64,000 nt of DNA. Source: Octopus sinensis (taxonomy: Eukaryota). Positions 25,380-38,925 of the stretch are shown here, in pieces (the stretch's first letter is position 1; every line of letters starts with the position of its first letter). The stretch covers positions 46,562,001 through 46,626,000 of the forward strand of contig NC_043012.1 of the NCBI RefSeq assembly GCF_006345805.1. Direction: 5' to 3'. A program made the position numbers and the translations under genes. Below the pieces are notes generated by a model. It searched no databases. It saw only the letters and a program-made list of their open reading frames with translations, and was not told where the DNA came from.

Positions 25380-26420
25380 AACAAAAATGTAAATCTCCAA
25401 TTCCTGCTAAATTGTAACCGTAGAAATACTTATGATACAGCTAACATGGTGACAACGTCGGTAAATGGAATCGGGACTGACTTATACGCAAATAAATTCG
25501 ATAAATGTTCATGCAGAGAAAAATCAAAATGTCCATTGGTGAATCTCAGTATGAGTACAAATCTTATATATAAAGAACCGTGCACACTAGAGAAGATACC
25601 CCATGTTTACATCGGGTAGACTGCTGATTCGTTTAAGATTCGTTATCGTAACCATGTCGCCAGTTTTAAAACAATCAATAAGAGACATTCAACATCCTTG
25701 GCCAATTTTGTATGGCGACTGAAGGAGGATAAAATGAAGTACAATATAACTTCGTCCATAGTACGGTACGTGAAACCATACAACATAATTTTCAAGAGAT
25801 CCCTTCTATTCTTTGGTCTAATGAGAAGATCATTAATAGAATTTCTGAAATACTCCAGATATGTCTACACGCATATAAATGTACTTTCGCCAATGCAGCG
25901 GGAATGAATTTTGAGAAACTATCATAATTTACATTAAGATATGGATGAATTAAGTTTACTTTTAACCTACCCGTTCTTGCAAACACCAAGTGGATAGTTA
26001 ACTCGCTTTGTGATTGTGAGTGCACCAAAACACATGTGTGCGTGTGCTTACATTTTCGTGGATGCTTGTATGAGCGAGTGTACTCGCGCCATGCGGCTTG
26101 CCCGCGGATGTTTATGCATCCATATTTGTTAACGGTTATTTTAAATACTTTTTTCGTTGTATTACGTGCTCGTTTTTCTTTTTCCAGTGTGGGATTTTAT
26201 TTTTGATCTATGTAAATTTCCTTCGTCTGGCTGGTTTTCCTTCTGCAAACTGAGAGGTTAAATTGCGGAACTGTTATTTTAACGAATTGCGTCTACTTAT
26301 CACCCGATGAAATACATCTGCACTGCTGGATACTCATGAACTATTTGTTGAATGACCCACTGGTGAGGGATCAATACCAGATGTGTCGAAACAATTGTCA
26401 TGATTACTAATAAATTCTTC
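25380..26420 (+). mobile_element. decayed PLE of a second lineage: CxC..CP-type GIY-YIG endonuclease plus 3' region
   Basis: KCSCREKSKCPL..TNLIYK..VYIG*TADSFKIRYRNHVASFK..STSLANFVWRLK from 25503; stop at 25617-25619; degenerate HHR-like GAAAC-AATT-GTC at 26388-26399. Confidence 0.75.
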
Positions 26421-27151
26421 ATTATTCCATCTTCTGTCTCTCATTTGCTACACACACACGTGCGCGCACTCACGCACATACATACGTAAAAATAGATCTT
26501 CGAATGAATGCTCAACACTGCATTAGTGCATAAATAATTTCTTTATTCATGAATTAAGGCTACCATTGGTTTTATGTTAAAACGAGTGGGAAAATATCCA
26601 AGTATCTTAACAATTTTTTCAAGCCATTGGGGATGAAACGTTCTCTCTTTGCATACAGAAGCAATATTTTACACTGAAATACGTTAAAGAAAACCCCTAT
26701 AAACGACGTTAACTACAAACGAGGGCAACGCTCCCAGGATAGCCCCGCCATATACGTGAACACACATAGCACACAAACCTCCCACAACAAAGAAGAAACA
26801 AGCTTCAACGTACAAGTACAAAACACCATGCCCAGAACAAGATCATACAAAGAATGCAAAAAAATTAAGAAATTTAAGGAAAAGTCAAATCCAAGACAAA
26901 CGCCCAAAAATACCTTCTAGAGTAGCCTTCATTGATTCAGTGTTCATATTTTCACTTACGCGAATTTACGAGAAATCCCGTGAACGATTGTTTTCCAAAA
27001 TGGAGGCGAATAACGTTCTCCATGTAATCGGCTTGAAAAATTAAGCTACTTGAATATTTTCCTACTCTTCATAACATGAGACAAATGGTAGCCTTAATTC
27101 ACAAATAAAGAATATGTGGGGGTGTGTATGTGTGTGTGCGTGTGTGTGTAG

Positions 27152-27340
27152 GGGAAATTTGTAGAAAAACAAAAGACGAAGACAGGAATATGAACAACAA
27201 GCGTGTTAGTTTGACACTCGGGAAAATGATAAAGTTTTTACGTTTCGAGCCTACGCTCTTCAACAGAAAGGATTAAGAGAAAGTAATCAGAGAGAGAATG
27301 AAAAAAACTTGTAGATTTCAGCGGTCCAGAATGGCGAATG
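27152..27340 (-). mobile_element. F1 family copy, HHR-like motif at 27237-27270
   Basis: minus strand CTTT-CTGTTGA-A-GAGC-GTAG-GCTC-GAAAC-GT-A-AAA; 3' end abuts (CA)n. Confidence 0.72.
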
Positions 27341-27796
27341 CTGTGTATATACACAATAAGGAAAGTCAAAAAATTATAACACTTTCCCCAAAACTTTCTT
27401 TTGGTGGGCTGCATTGCTTCCAACGCTAAAGTACTAAAAGATGATACTTATTTGGTTACGCAGCAAAAGTTTGTTTTCGATCGCCTCAGTTTTCTTTTTT
27501 GTGTTACAGATTAAACACGGGCGCTGTGCTGGTAGAGTACACAAAGAGATTTCTTTGGCCAAATGATGTGTCGCGGGTTGAAATGTATCGCAGTCTTGCA
27601 GTACAATATAGTGAAAACACTTTATCGAGTAGAAATGTTTATGAATGAATTGAGATTAAAATTGACTGCGCCACAGTAAAGCATGAAGAGGGGGCAGGAG
27701 GTCCATCAATGTGAAGATTCAAAAGTTACTATACTTATATATATATAAATAATTTTACAGGCAATAACTACATAAGTATTCTCTCTTTTTTAAAAC

Positions 27797-28154
27797 TTGT
27801 TTCAGTCATTCGACTGTGGCCATGCTGGAACACCGCCTTTAGTCGAGCAAATCGACCCCAGAACTTATACTTAGTAAGCCTAGTACTTATTCTATCGGTC
27901 TCTTTTGCCGAACCGCTAAGTTACGGGGACGTAAACACACCAGCATCGGTTGTGAAGCGGTGCTGGGGGGGACTAACACAGACATATACACACATATGTA
28001 TACATATTTACGACGGGCTTCTTTCAGTTTCCATCTACAAAATCCAGGATATACTTGCCCAGAAGACACTTGCCCAAGGTGCCACACAGTGTGACTGATC
28101 CCGGAACCATGCGGTTCGTAAGCAAGATACTTATCACACAGCCACCCCTACGCC
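27797..28154 (-). mobile_element. tRNA-derived SINE family A, full length
   Basis: minus head GGCGTAGGGGTGGCTGTGTG (A box) and GGTTCCGGGATCAGTCAC (B box region); tail GGCGGTGTTCCAGCATGGCCACAGTCGAATGACTGAAACA. Confidence 0.88.
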
Positions 28155-28849
28155 TTTTGCGTACCTTACATTTAGAGAACAATACTGTTTTAGAAAGGAG
28201 AAATTTACTGAAAATATAGTAATATATCAAGCATGTTAAGATAATAGTAGGCATAATCATGCCTACTGTCACAATCAAGAATCTGGACATACAACTGTGC
28301 GTATACAGTGAAAATTCAATGGTTGAAATACTAGGGGTGTTTCCATGTAAAAAAAAGAAAACTTTCTTGCGACTATATCGCTTGATTTTGACCAGCTGTA
28401 TTGCTAAACTTATAGTATAACAATAAACTCTTCATTTGAATGGTAAACTATTTGAAATTTACATTAGCGTAATTGTTGACTACTATGCAAGCACTACTAT
28501 GTACATCGACACGTAAAACGGTAAAATAGGGGTAAAATTTAAACTTATTTGCCTACTTTTGCTAACACCTCAAAAGCAATTTTCGCTTCTTAAATAAAAT
28601 ACGTACTTCTTCAATTCAACATTACCGCACTTTACATGCGATACACATAGTTTCTATTAATTAAAGGATATTGTTCATTAGCTGTGGCATAGATCCTGAA
28701 TACTTAAGTAACCCTATATACTATAAGCCTAGTATATAAAATGTACTCAATATACATTTTATCTCTCCCTCTCTCTCACTTGCCATTTATATATATATAT
28801 ATATATGCATATATATAAGCATATAAGCACGTGTATATGTATATGATAT

Positions 28850-28880
<31 letters not shown>

Positions 28881-30177
28881 GTGTGTGTGTGTGTGTATAC
28901 ATATATATATATAAGCATATAAGCATGCACATATGTATGCATGAGTGTATATTTTCTTTTAAGTATGTTTATGTACTTTATACTTAGAGACCATTTGTAA
29001 TTTGTTTGAAGCGATGGGTGTCTTTAAATGAATACTGAAACGGAAAATTTGGAAACCGGAAAATGGAAAAAGAAATGTTAATTTTGGCAACGCTTAAAAT
29101 CAAGTATTCCTGTTGAAGAGCAGTATTTTTCCTATTATTACATTTCCTATGTTCCAGTACATTTTGAAGGAAAACCTATGTTCTGCTTTCTGTTTTTGAA
29201 AGTCTTGCCCGTCAGCGATATTCTAATAATATGAAAAATCTAGATCTAATCTGAAGATTACTTCTACAAAAGTAGATTAAGCATAATGAAAACTAAACGG
29301 AAAAACCTCTACAGAAGATGGAATATGTATGCTGTAAATTCATAGCAGTACACATAAATAAAAGTGGAAACAATTTGAAAAAATGAAATTCAAATATCAT
29401 ATATTCCAATGCCTTTTTCGCGTTGATTTTAAAATTTCAATATTTCTGCAGTAATTCTTAATTGTATAAAAGGAAAAGTCTAATTTCAGTTATTCTTAAC
29501 ATTGCTGTAAATACCCAGTGTTACTTCATGAATACTTGGTCACCTATGTGATATATTCATTAAAAAATTCATTATAATATATTTTAATTTGTTAGTTTGA
29601 TTCTTCCCATCAAAGTGAGGAAAAAGATTACCTACTAGTGGGTTATGTCCCTTCACATGCATGCATATAACCCACTAAACTGATGAACGTAAATACCACG
29701 TAATAGTATCTACACACAGTGCCACAAATACAAGCACATATGTCTCTACGCATTATGAGATGCTTACAAACGTGCATATATATATATACAAAAAGTATAT
29801 ACACATACAAAAAACATAAATTCATAATTTAAATTCTTTCAATAGCTGTTTCTGTAGAAATTAGCATCGTTACAACCATAATGACGTACTTAACGCACAT
29901 AATCAATTCGTATGAATTAAGTGACAACCAATTAAATTAAAGCAATCTTTCAGTCAAAATATCAGGAATATCAAGTGCCTTATTAATTGTATACACACGA
30001 AGGTTTTTTTCTTCCTGGATCTGCAGCAATCTCAGAAAATGCAGCAATTTTATCTTAAAATTGTTAATTGAGATTTTAATTCCGCAGATATATATATATA
30101 TATTGTTGCATATGTAGTCCATTTTTATTATATCATATTATATACATAGAAACATACACAGACATACACAGACATAT

Positions 30178-30293
<116 letters not shown>

Positions 30294-30544
30294 TTAAATA
30301 TATATGTGGATATTATTGTTTATACTGATATCAGTAGCATGCATAAAAAAGCAAAAATGTAACACCTTTTTCAATTAACAATTAACCGTACTAACAAGTA
30401 GTATCGCTGTGCTAAATATAGGAGTCAAAATGACCAAACCACACATGTTCACTTAGAGGCAAAGGTGAAAGTGGGTAAACGAAAATCCTAAAATCCCATA
30501 GCAAATACCGAAAATAATCGACAACTGGAACCACCAGACATATA

Positions 30545-30580
<36 letters not shown>

Positions 30581-30629
30581 TATATGTGTGTGTGTGTGTG
30601 GTGTGTGTGTGTGTGCTTATTTAGTTTGA

Positions 30630-30820
30630 ATTTACATAAAACCAAAGGCGGTGACACGTGTGTAAACAACAAATAGGTGTATTAGTTTAAGGCTCGGGAA
30701 GGTGAGAAAGTCTTTAAAGTTTTGAGCTTACACTGTTGAACAGAAAGGAACATGAGAAAATAAAAAGAGAGAGATTTTTTTTTAAATGCTTTAGTGGCTA
30801 GCGGTCAATCATGGTGATGA
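30630..30820 (-). mobile_element. degenerate F1 family copy
   Basis: minus strand CTTTCTGTTCAACAGTGTAAGCTCAAAACTTTAAAG plus the shared F1 3' tail. Confidence 0.6.
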
Positions 30821-30904
30821 CTGGACATATATATACATAGTAAGGAAAGGAAGGAAGAAAATTTCGATTATCCCCACGTGATGATTGTAATGCAAAAAAT
30901 CTAA

Positions 30905-32503
30905 ATAATAACAAGGAAAATGCACACAGATTACATAGTTTTGATATATGCTAAACGAAAGAGTATTGTGGTTGTCAACCAGTTTCGTTTTCGCTACTCA
31001 TGACATTGAAATTATTATAATTTCCTATTTTCTTAAGAAGATTTTAGTCCATGTACTTGCATGAAAATTTGTGAATGAATAAACAAGCAGAAAAATCTAG
31101 AGGGGGGCAACTGGTGATAGTTATTATAGGGACAGTGGAGGTAATTGCTCATTTTGAGGGTTGGATAAATAAATATACAAAATCTCATAAGCTAAAGTAA
31201 TGAGATGAAATATGTACCAGTGATGGATATGGGATTATGAATTAAAATATATACTGAGACCAAAGTTGTTTATGCATTCACGTTTAAGCCAGTTCTGTAT
31301 TTTTCGATAAATAAATTTTCGTTATTTAAATGTTCTTTACAGAAATTGTTTCTTTGCCCTGGTAGATGGAGAAAACTGTGAAATTTGGTTGGAAATTCCC
31401 TGCTCTTCTCTCTATGTGTTCCCTCAAAGGTATCTGTCTAAGCGACATACTTGTTTGACTTATATAGGTGTCTCCACAACCTGAACAAGTTATAGCAAAT
31501 TCAATTCTCGGATACACAAGTGAAGCTGGTCCTAATTCTGAACTTCTCTCCTCGTTTCTGTTGGAATTCCGAGCCTTCCAATAGATTGGAGCATGTTCCA
31601 CAGTTTGGACGTCCACAATTTTTAATCATTGGTTTCGTCGTTGTTGTGTACAGCTTTGCATTTTTCAGTAGGCTTTTCAGCGATTTAGGTTGCTTTTTTA
31701 CATTTGATGAATTTATGCGTTTTCAGAAAGTTATTCATTTTTGGATCTGTAGTTAGCATTGCCTTATTATTTCTAGGATTGTGAGTTGATATATACGGTA
31801 GTATTTGGGGATGAGGTGTAGTGTTTCGTTTAGTTTCACTTAGTGTTTTAACGCCTATTTTCTTAGCACGTTTAATTCCATCATCTATAAGTGAGGGTGG
31901 ATAGTGTCTCTCAGTCAGTGTTGTTCTGACGTCTTGAAGACGGAGGTCTCGGGTACTCTCAACTGACACTATTGTGCAAATCCTTTTCGCTGAATTAAAG
32001 GGAATATTTCTTTTTGTGTGTTTCGAGTGGCATGAGCTACACGGAAGATATAGCTTCGCGACTTTTACTATATGATTAAATGTCAGTAACAATTTGGTTG
32101 TTGAATTTTTTTATCAGAATACCTAAGAAAAAGGGCTGTTCTTAGCTATTTTTATTGTAAGCAATTTGTTAGATTTTATACTATTTAATTTTGATTTAAA
32201 TTCCAAAAGTGTATCAATGGTCTCATTCCAAATGATAAAGAAGTCATCCAGATATGCTTAGCAGTTCTCTCTTATAGAAAGGTGAATTTGATATCCATAT
32301 TTTTGCTGTGACGTTTCATATATGGTGAATTCAAAATATTCCATTATTAGGTTCGCAAGAACACAAGCTGCTTTCGTTCCCATCGCAATTCCAAATTATT
32401 TTCACTGTCACAATCTGCAAAAGCGAAGCCGGTCGGCAACCACAATACCCTTTCATTTAAAATATATTAAAACTATGTAAATTGTTTGCATCTCCCTTCT
32501 ATT
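30905..32503 (-). mobile_element. decayed Neptune-type PLE with an inverted pLTR piece at its 5' end
   Basis: minus strand GIAMGTKAACVLANLIM, AYLDDFFIIW, SSCHSKHTKRNIPFN, ITCSGCGDTYISQT; 3' HHR remnant at 30973-31005; 32418-32503 (+) is homologous to 30907-30992 (-). Confidence 0.88.
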
Positions 32504-32524
32504 AATATATATATATATATATAA

Positions 32525-32930
32525 ATTGACAAATTGAATTCGGTGATACCAGTTGCGGATTCTAGCTCGCTCTGATACTGAGTTGAGTTGGTGCCTTCTG
32601 GTATCTATGATTATAGATAATTTATGATTATAGTATTCTACGCTGAAGAGAAAAGAAGTTTCGGTAAGATAGAATTATTTAATATTTAATATTTAATTCT
32701 TATGCTTTCCTAAAAACTTGATTTCGAAACGTACGTCCGTGGATAACTAAAAAAATGTATGATAGATTGCAGTCAATTCATTCTCTCTTACCTGTTTGTG
32801 TCTGCCTTCCAAATGCTGTTTTTACTGAGATCTCCCTTTTTAGTAGAAGAAATAGCTATAACCCTTTGACTGCTATTTCTAAATTCGGTATGTGGTAAGG
32901 CAACTCGTTGCTAAACCCTTATTGCTTAGT
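32525..32930 (+). mobile_element. short repeat family F2 (pLTR-like) with type I HHR at 32637-32743
   Basis: TCTACG-CTGAAGA-GAAA..TTTC-GAAAC-GTAC-GTC-CGTGGA; 3' terminus agaaatagc..gctatttct..cggtatgtggtaa shared with 39450-39545; flanked by (TA)n. Confidence 0.78.
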
Positions 32931-33011
32931 ATATATATATATATCCATACACACACATACATACACACACACACATACATACACACACACACATACATAC
33001 ACACACACACA

Positions 33012-33100
<89 letters not shown>

Positions 33101-35924
33101 GTATAAAAGGATATTATATGCTGCTCAAAGCTTTGTATTGTGCAAAATATGTAAGGTTACTGCAATAAATTAAAACAAAGAAAATATATTGCATCATCTT
33201 ATATATAAGTAGATTAACGCTTGTATTATATTTGAGGGAAAACTCCCATGGCAAGAATATAACAAAATAATGAAGCAGATCGGACAAAACGTGTTTATTA
33301 TCGGCAGACGGTCTTGAGTGTTGTACTACAATACAAGAAAAATCCTTTGAATGGAAACATAAACTCCCGTTGATAATACAACATGGAAGTGAAACTCTCG
33401 TAAAATGTATTATTGTAGAATAATAGATAGAAAAATAGTGAAAATGAACATTTAATGAATGAAAATTTCCTGAGTATAAATATTTTATGTACTTTCCTAG
33501 TTATTAAAGTAAGAAGTCACTTTTAATATCCGTAGCAATGATATATTTTTATACATGCTCCGAATTCTTATATTACTGATCATAATATTCCCGTTCCCAG
33601 ATTATGTATCGTTTTGATATGATTTTTATTACATTTTAATGTATATATTCATGTCCATAATTACACACATTGTACTTACGTATACGTATGTTGTAATGTA
33701 CCGATCAATTTTGACAGTTGTTTTCTCTTCCAAAGCCTGAGGTTGATTTCTGTCTTTCTTATCTTATCCACTCCAGGCGCCATAATCATTTATAACTCTG
33801 CAAGATAATCTTTATCTTCTATAAGATATATTTTCTAAGTTTATTTTAGGTTTCTCTCTCCCCACTATTAATCTTCCACTTCATTTCTGTGTTTTACCCT
33901 TCTAATCTTCGTCTCCCTCTCTGTACTTTCTTACATTGTTTTGCTCAAAACCTTTCAATTCATAGACGATTGAATGTCACGCATGAAAGCACCAGCCTCA
34001 TTTTACAGCTGCGAAAAATATATTGCGTGACTAATAATCGTGTATTGCGTTAGTATTCAGACAGAAAATCGTTTCACTAAAATAACATGATGAACAGTTA
34101 AAATGTTGCTTATCAAAATTTTACTATACACACCGTGTTTGATGGATTATAATTGTTTTATCTTGTCGTTATTGTCTCATAATATAACTTACCGTATTAT
34201 TTTGTGGCTACATAATTCTTGTCTGGTACTCATGTAACTTTTTCTGCAGTTAAAACACAGCGATCAATATTATGTAGATTTTAAATATATAATTTTTCTA
34301 TCTCATAACAGTAATATTAATGTGAATGGCAAAATTTTCATCTTAGTATGAGATCATTAATTGTACAAGTGTTTCAGGAAAGTATTGCTCTTGTCTTCGA
34401 AATTGGCATTAAACATAATAATACTCGATATTGATTTCGGCTCACCATTTTAGTGTACCCAAGATGCATATAAATACATTTATTGTTCATTCAGTAAATA
34501 TACTCAGGTCAATTTATCTAAACGGAAGCAAACCATAGCATCTACAAAATATTTATAATGAAGTATTAATAAATAATATTAGTATTTACACATTAGATGC
34601 ATTTAGCTCTCTGGCTGATAAATGTTCAGGTGGTAATAATTTTGAAGATATAAGAGAAAACTTGTCAAGAAACGAGATTGCAGTATCCACGTTCACGCTC
34701 AGAGAATATAGAAAACAGTATTGAAATATACGTGTCACGTTTTATACTTGGTGCACATGAAGACAAATACGTTTCGTGTATTAACTGCATTTCATTCATT
34801 GACCATCCAGAAAGCATTTCCTTTAGAAAATCCGCCTTCTGTTGTACAAGCAGAACAAAAATAGAATGATTTTCATGGATTCGTTTCTGACATAACAACA
34901 TTATATTTGCAACCGATATGTAGGTTCCTGCGTTTACGGAATTGCACAGGAAATAAATCATAACTGAAAGGAATGGGAACATTCTTAACTCTTAAGATTT
35001 ACAATAAGCCTCATAAAAAAATAAGATAGATTTATGAACAATTTTGCAGTATTAATTACGTGAATAATGAAATTAACGTTAAAATTTACGGTGAATCACC
35101 AGAGATGATCAAATGTAGCATTTAAATCATGCATCGGAATATTTCTCTGACTCCTTCGCCTGCTCATTTGCAAAATGTGCTCTTTAGGCTAGTCTGTCAC
35201 AATCATTAAATGACAACAAAGCCTACTTTGCCATATGCATATTCCACATACCAATTCCGCATATTCTTTCAATAGTTATGTGATAGGCAGAAATCTCATA
35301 TACCACCTTATTCAATATATAATCGGATCGTGTGTATAGAAGCAATGTATATTACAAAACAGTTATTCGAGAAAATAAATTGCAAAGCTTTTATATAGAG
35401 TGTATTTTCCATTGATTTTCATTATCTTGTCAAATAGTGATTTAAATTTGTATTTCATATACATTCCCGATGCAGATAATAAACGAAAATAATGGGTAAA
35501 CGAAATTACACCGTTCTCATTATGATATACATTCATGTTCATCGGTATAAACTTTGTCGAAGAGCAACAAAGACTTAATAGCCATAGAGATACTATAAGA
35601 ACAAAGATTTAATAACCATACATATGGTATGATCCAGTATTTAAATTTGTGATGTATACATGAATATATATGACGACGAATCTCCTCTTATAACTTAAAT
35701 TAAATAATCGTTGCGAATCTTTATGCTGAGAAATAGACTTTAAAGCGTAATTATAGTGTATATTGTATGTGGTGATTGACGCTTTAAAGTCTATTGCTCA
35801 GCATATTAACATAGAATTTTTTTCTTTTGTCCTTATTTATAATTGTTTATAATTTTCACCTTAAAAGTTATTTTAATATGCTCGCCACTTAAAATTTTTT
35901 TATCCTATATTAAAAGTATATATA

Positions 35925-35926
35925 TG

Positions 35927-36020
<94 letters not shown>

Positions 36021-36030
36021 TATATACAAA
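35925..36030 (+). repeat. long (TA)n microsatellite, one of many (others at 9277-9337, 10400-10553, 24766-24862, 40145-40355)
   Basis: direct inspection. Confidence 0.97.
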
Positions 36031-36347
36031 TATGAAAGAGAATCCACTATGTGGACGCTCTTACGCTAAAAATAGATCCGCAATGGTCTCAACCACTAAG
36101 AATTGTTCTCAAGAAAAATTAGCACAACTATGAACGTAAGCGAGCAGGACAAATGAAAAATAACAAAAATATAGATTAACCCCAGACAAGTGTTTCACTG
36201 TTAATAAATTATGCCAATTTACTTACACAATAAATCTACAGATCATCAGTAGGATTCGTCATAAATATAATTTGTCGAACTGCACGTCAGATATTAACAC
36301 CCTTATTTTGATTTTATATATATATATATATATATATACATAATTTT

Positions 36348-36718
36348 CTTGGTCACTTGACTGTTGCCATGCTGGTGCATCGCCTTGAAGAAATTTTAAT
36401 CATACGTATCGACGTACTTATATCGGTCTCTTTTCACGAATTACTACGTTACGGGGACGTGAATTCGTCAGCACAGGTTGTCAAGCAGTGGTGAGCAGAT
36501 GAACACAAAGACACATACACACACGCACACGCACGCACACACATATACATATTTACGAATGATTTTGTTTTGTTTCCATCTACCAAATCCACTAACAGCG
36601 CTTTAGTCGGCCAGTGGCTATAGTAGAAAGCACTTGCCCAAGGTGCCACTTAGTGGGACTGAACTTGGAACCATGTGGTTAGGCAGCAAGTTTCTTACCA
36701 AACAGCCACGCCTGCGCC
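36348..36718 (-). mobile_element. tRNA-derived SINE family A
   Basis: minus head GGCGCAGGCGTGGCTGTTTGGTAAG..GGTTCCAAGTTCAGTCCCAC, with body and tail as in the other copies. Confidence 0.85.
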
Positions 36719-36849
36719 TATAAATTCAAAATATATATTTACAAACAGAATAGATACCTCTGTAAACTGAAAGATTTGCTTTAAAAACTGTGAAATCCAC
36801 CTCAGATCTTGGTTCCAGCTGATAAGATATGAAGCTTTTATCATCTGGA

Positions 36850-37810
36850 TATAAAAACATATTACAGCCTCATGAAAAAGAAGTTAACCAGAATTATAAG
36901 TTAGCATGAAATTCCGACCTAATAAGTATTAACAAAGAAGGACATACGTCTGTAAAATATTCAAGATATTTGAACTCCCAGAATCACTCTTAAAGATCAT
37001 AAATAGAATTTCGTAATTAAACCTTCTGTTAGATTAATCTGTCCAAATTAGATATCGGTTGGAATAAATAAACTTTTAGACGGAATCATACCTACATTCA
37101 AAGTGAAGATATCCCTTAACCTGTGGTCTGACCCTATAGAAGTAATTAAATGGCTCAGTGATCTTAATGATAGATTTACCGTTAAGTTCTACAGTTTTAC
37201 ATTGACAATCACTACACTTCCATCTCTCCTATACTTTTAAGGAAAGCGTTGTTGTAGAAATTATTGTAGCAACCAGAACAACAATTATGAAATTTAATTA
37301 TATATTTTGTGTTAGGAAAAATTGGGAAATAATCTTGATATTACCATGGGCTCTAATGACACTGTGCAGGTCACTGATCTCGTAGGGGTATACTTATTAT
37401 ACTGTATTAGAAATGAGTTTCGTAATGTTGAAGCCGGTTTGATAGGGATGATTCTTTGATCACTATATGTAATTCCAGTGACGTTCACTTAAGTTATAAG
37501 TAAGAAATACCTTATTAGAAACTTTAAGAATGTAAGTTTGTCTATTACATTCGATGACAACTGTAAAATAGTAAACTTTCATGACGTCACATTAGATCAT
37601 AGTACTGGCCACTGTAAAAAAAATTCCATAAACCAAATCAACATCTAAAACATAAATAACTTGTCAAAGTTCCAAAAGCCGGCGTATGTTGTGTAGCAAA
37701 TAATATAACATCCTTTATATCATAGCTCTCCGCTGTCCATGATATTCTCAAACGAAACGCAATTACTACAATGAAGCTTTCTCTAGAGCTGGTGAAAAGA
37801 TATGACAATT
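36850..37810 (+). mobile_element. decayed PLE reverse transcriptase, non-Neptune lineage
   Basis: ITLKDHK*NF..PSVRLI, DITMGSNDTVQVTDLVGVYLL, GL(Y)RDDSL with frameshift, VNFHDVTLD. Confidence 0.72.
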
Positions 37811-38054
37811 GCAATTATATACTGCCCAGTCGCAATACAATTAATAAATTTAGTAGCAGCTGCCCTCGAGACATGCCCAATCTAACAGTGAATAGCCATA
37901 AAAATTGCTTATATAATTGCACGATCCTAGTAAAGATGGAAGAACCAGCAAAAATTGTAGGAAAAATACTCAGCAATGAGTACATTATACATAACTTTAA
38001 GGATAAAAATAATATTAATAACTCTAATAATAGTACCGATAATGCTAATAATAC

Positions 38055-38345
38055 TAAACCGACATTTTATGTCTCGCTGCCAACAGGGTCAAAGAGAAAG
38101 GAAAAGAAAAAGTGAATGCAGGATGTATGCAATGAAGAGAGTGAACGTGGTACCAATAGTAACTGGCGCGCTTGGAAGTATCAGCAGTCAAATACCAACA
38201 TGGTTGAAAAACATTCGGACAAGTGTGAAGAAAGAAGACCTAAAAAATCATCATTGCTTGGGACTGCAAGACTTCTCCGCAAGGTTCTTGAACCATGTTC
38301 AGTAAACAAGTGACCCCTTTTCATCATACCCAACAAAATAAGCTG
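38055..38345 (+). mobile_element. R4/Dong-like RLE LINE 3' fragment
   Basis: RVKEK..MKRVNVVPIVTGALG..KSSLLGTARLLRKVLE; followed by (GAT)n. Confidence 0.75.
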
Positions 38346-38384
38346 AGACTTTTAATCAAATGATGATGATGATGATGATGGTGG

Positions 38385-38799
38385 TGGTGGCCCAGAAGGA
38401 ATATAAGGGACGGCACGACAATATAGCCAGGCTTTTCAACAAGTATGGACTTGACAAAGCAAAATATTGGTATGACTACAAACCCGAGGTAAAGAAGAAG
38501 GAAAATTTGAGAGATATGACATGTTAGCTTGGGAAGTTAAGCATTTGTGGTCGATGAAAAAGGTAGCAATATTAGCAATAATTGTCGGAGCCCTGAGAAC
38601 AGCGAACAAAAGCCTCGAGAGGTAAGAGGAAAAAATAGGCGCTGGAATAAGGGTGGAGCACTTGCAGAAAACAGCACTGCTTGGAACCGCTCGAATATTC
38701 CGGAAGGTGCTCGAAAAATAAGAAGTCTTACCTTAGTTCACTGGTAGTGAACAGCTGACACTGCTGTGCATCTCCAGTATTAGAAGCTGTGCAAAGACG

Positions 38800-38831
<32 letters not shown>

Positions 38832-38847
38832 GATGATGATGATGATG

Positions 38848-38904
<57 letters not shown>

Positions 38905-38925
38905 TAATAATAATAATAATAATAT
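38385..38925 (+). mobile_element. R4/Dong-like RLE LINE 3' fragment with (TAA)n tail
   Basis: AQKEYKGRHDNIA..WYDYKPE, then an internal deletion to WEVKHLWSMKKV..IVGAL..LQKTALLGTARIFRKVLEK*; (AAT)n from 38800, then (GAA)n to 38983. Confidence 0.8.

Noticed and set aside
34665-34982. 105-aa minus-strand ORF with a plausible acceptor near 34968
   Set aside because: No recognisable domain, AT-rich composition and no supporting donor or neighbouring exon.
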